Source: Octopus sinensis (taxonomy: Eukaryota). From it: 64,000 nucleotides of DNA. The position numbers and the translations under genes were made by a program. Positions 62,250-64,000 of this stretch are shown in pieces. Numbering within the stretch: position 1 is the stretch's first letter; each line of letters starts with the position of its first letter. Under the pieces are notes generated by a model. That model did no database searches. It was not told where the DNA came from and saw only the letters and a list, made by a program, of their open reading frames with translations. The stretch lies in the NCBI RefSeq assembly GCF_006345805.1, contig NC_043000.1, forward strand, positions 23,684,001 through 23,748,000, in the 5' to 3' direction.

Positions 62250-63260
62250 CAAATGATATTACAGCCTTCTGAATAGAGTTACATTAGATGGCTCCACAAC
62301 CTATCCATCTATACAATCAACATATCAGCATAGTGTATCTCTCTGAAACTTGATTATGTTGATATCTTCCCCTTACATTTCATCAACTGTGCAATATAGA
62401 TGACTTGTTAATATTCCTTGAGTATGGGGCTGCAAGTTGACAGAATCATTACTGTGCCAGGCAAAATGCTTAATGGCATTTCGTCCATCTTTGTGTTCTG
62501 AGTTCAAACACCACCAAGGTTGACTTTGCCTTTGATCCTTTCAGGGTCAGTAAAATAAGTACCAGTTAAGTACTGAGGTCAATGTAACTGGCTTACCCCC
62601 ATCCCCCAAATTGCTGGCCTTGTACCAAAATTTGAAACCAATATTCCTTGAGTTTACTGCAGCCAAAGTTGGTCTGTTTATCAATGAAAAAAGAAGGGAA
62701 CACTAAATACATGAGCATCAACAAGGATGAAAGCCATCTGCTAATTTTTTTGAATGATGGCACTAAACCCAAAGAGGTCAGTCACTTCAAGTATCTTGGT
62801 TCCTATGTTGTTGATAGTAACAAAGACTTCCTTACATGACTGGAATGCCTGAAACAAATTCAGAAGATTTGACTATCAAGTATTTCAGTGTCAACTAGGT
62901 TGTCTTTCTTTAGGACATGCATAGAGGGTACTCTTCTGTCTGGGGGGCCAAATGCTGAACTATGAAGAAGGAGATTCAAGGTACCCATGATGGCTAGTAT
63001 CTCAAGGAATGTTAAACAGGCTTCTCATGAGGGCTCAAAACATCTCATACAGTGAGCACAAGATCAAAGAGGATATTTGTAGACACAGTCTGTCCATCTC
63101 TACTTTTGTTCCACAGTGCAGGTTAGGTTTTCCTGGCCACTGTCATTGTGCTGAACAACAGCTCATGTCAAATGTTTATTTGAGAGACTTCCATGCTTTA
63201 ATAGGGGATGAAGACCACCCGGTGACAGTAATGTTATTGGCAGAGAGACAAATGGCATGG
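62250..63260 (+). mobile_element. Decayed RTE/RTE-X LINE RT C-terminal half, interrupted by SINE A
   Basis: LDYVDI (degenerate YADD region), NTKYM, EVSHFKYLGS, RLSFFRTCIE, LLMRAQNISY.EH, RLGFPGHC. Confidence 0.7.
62424..62639 (+). mobile_element. SINE family A (tail type 3) with 14-bp TSD
   Basis: TSD AATATTCCTTGAGT at 62410-62423 and 62640-62653. Confidence 0.8.
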
Positions 63261-63289
63261 AAATAAGAATCTACTAATGCTAATAGTAG

Positions 63290-63517
63290 ATATATATGTA
63301 TGTGTGTGTATATGTTTGTGTGTCTGTGTCCCCCCAACATCGCTTGACAACCGATGCTGCTGTGTTTACATCCCCATATCTTAGCAGTTCGGCAAAAGAG
63401 GCCGATAGAATAAGTACTAGGCTTACAAAGAATAAGTCCTGGGGTCAATTTGTTCAACTAAAGGCGGTGCTCCAGCATGGCCACAGTCAAATGACTGAAA
63501 CAAGTAAAAGAGTAAAA
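63290..63517 (+). mobile_element. SINE family B, 3' half
   Basis: Close match to the family B body and tail ending gtaaaagagtaaaagaat. Confidence 0.85.
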
Positions 63518-64000
63518 GAATGCTTAACAAAGGGAAAACATTTGCACCTACTTCAAGTGAAGAAATAAACAGTGTTGTGGCAAAATGTTTTGTCCATATT
63601 TTTTTCAGACATTATAATTCTGGCTGCTATTTCTAGGAGAAGTCAAGGAATCATATCAAGATTTCATGTGTGCTGATCCCCATGGCAATAGAAATCAGCA
63701 GCCATGATATTTCAGTGATTGGAGGCTTTTGATAGTCTAAAATTTCATAACTTTAAATGTTCACAACTTCTTTATTCCTAATTTCTTGCAAAAACAATGA
63801 ATGCAATTTTTCTCATCAGCATGCAAAAGCTACATCAAAATTACGTTTTTTAAAAAAATAAACCGATGTAAATTAGAAAAATGTTAAGTGGTTGCAAGAT
63901 ACCCCACGTATACACACGCTCATACGAAGAGAATCGTTTTCTCTTTCTCGTTTTTTTTAGCCAAGAATCAAAACCTTAGTCTAGAATTTTTTCTGTAAGC

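Overview
Eukaryotic, AT-rich DNA dominated by repeats. The SINE, LINE and MITE repertoire, the long (TA)n/(TATG)n/(GATA)n arrays and the TTAGGG motifs look like an octopus (coleoid cephalopod) genome; this is an inference from recalled repeat families, not a database result. One host gene is well supported and is missed by the ORF track: the first two coding exons of an FBXO7-like gene on the minus strand (6049-5922 and 2477-2321). They encode an N-terminal ubiquitin-like domain, splice in frame, and have an ETS motif upstream; the rest of the gene appears to run off the left edge. The remaining ~58 kb is mostly transposon-derived. It holds at least four tRNA-derived SINE families (named A, B, D and E here), fragments of CR1, RTE, Tx1/L1, Dong/R4 and CR1/Jockey-like LINEs, non-autonomous Helitrons, mariner/pogo/piggyBac/Merlin-like MITEs and a possible solo LTR. 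Nearly all long ORFs in the track are microsatellite or decayed-transposon artefacts. I found no CRISPR array, rRNA or intact tRNA gene, and no clear novel multi-gene system. The best leads are: two fused Dong/R4 copies inside a (CATA)n microsatellite; MITEs carrying telomeric TTAGGG; a Tx1 remnant with a 74-bp templated self-insertion; a CpG-rich MITE in the FBXO7 promoter region; an 88-nt pre-miRNA-like hairpin; and two orphan promoter-like motif clusters. Boundaries of decayed repeats are approximate (about +/-20 bp).
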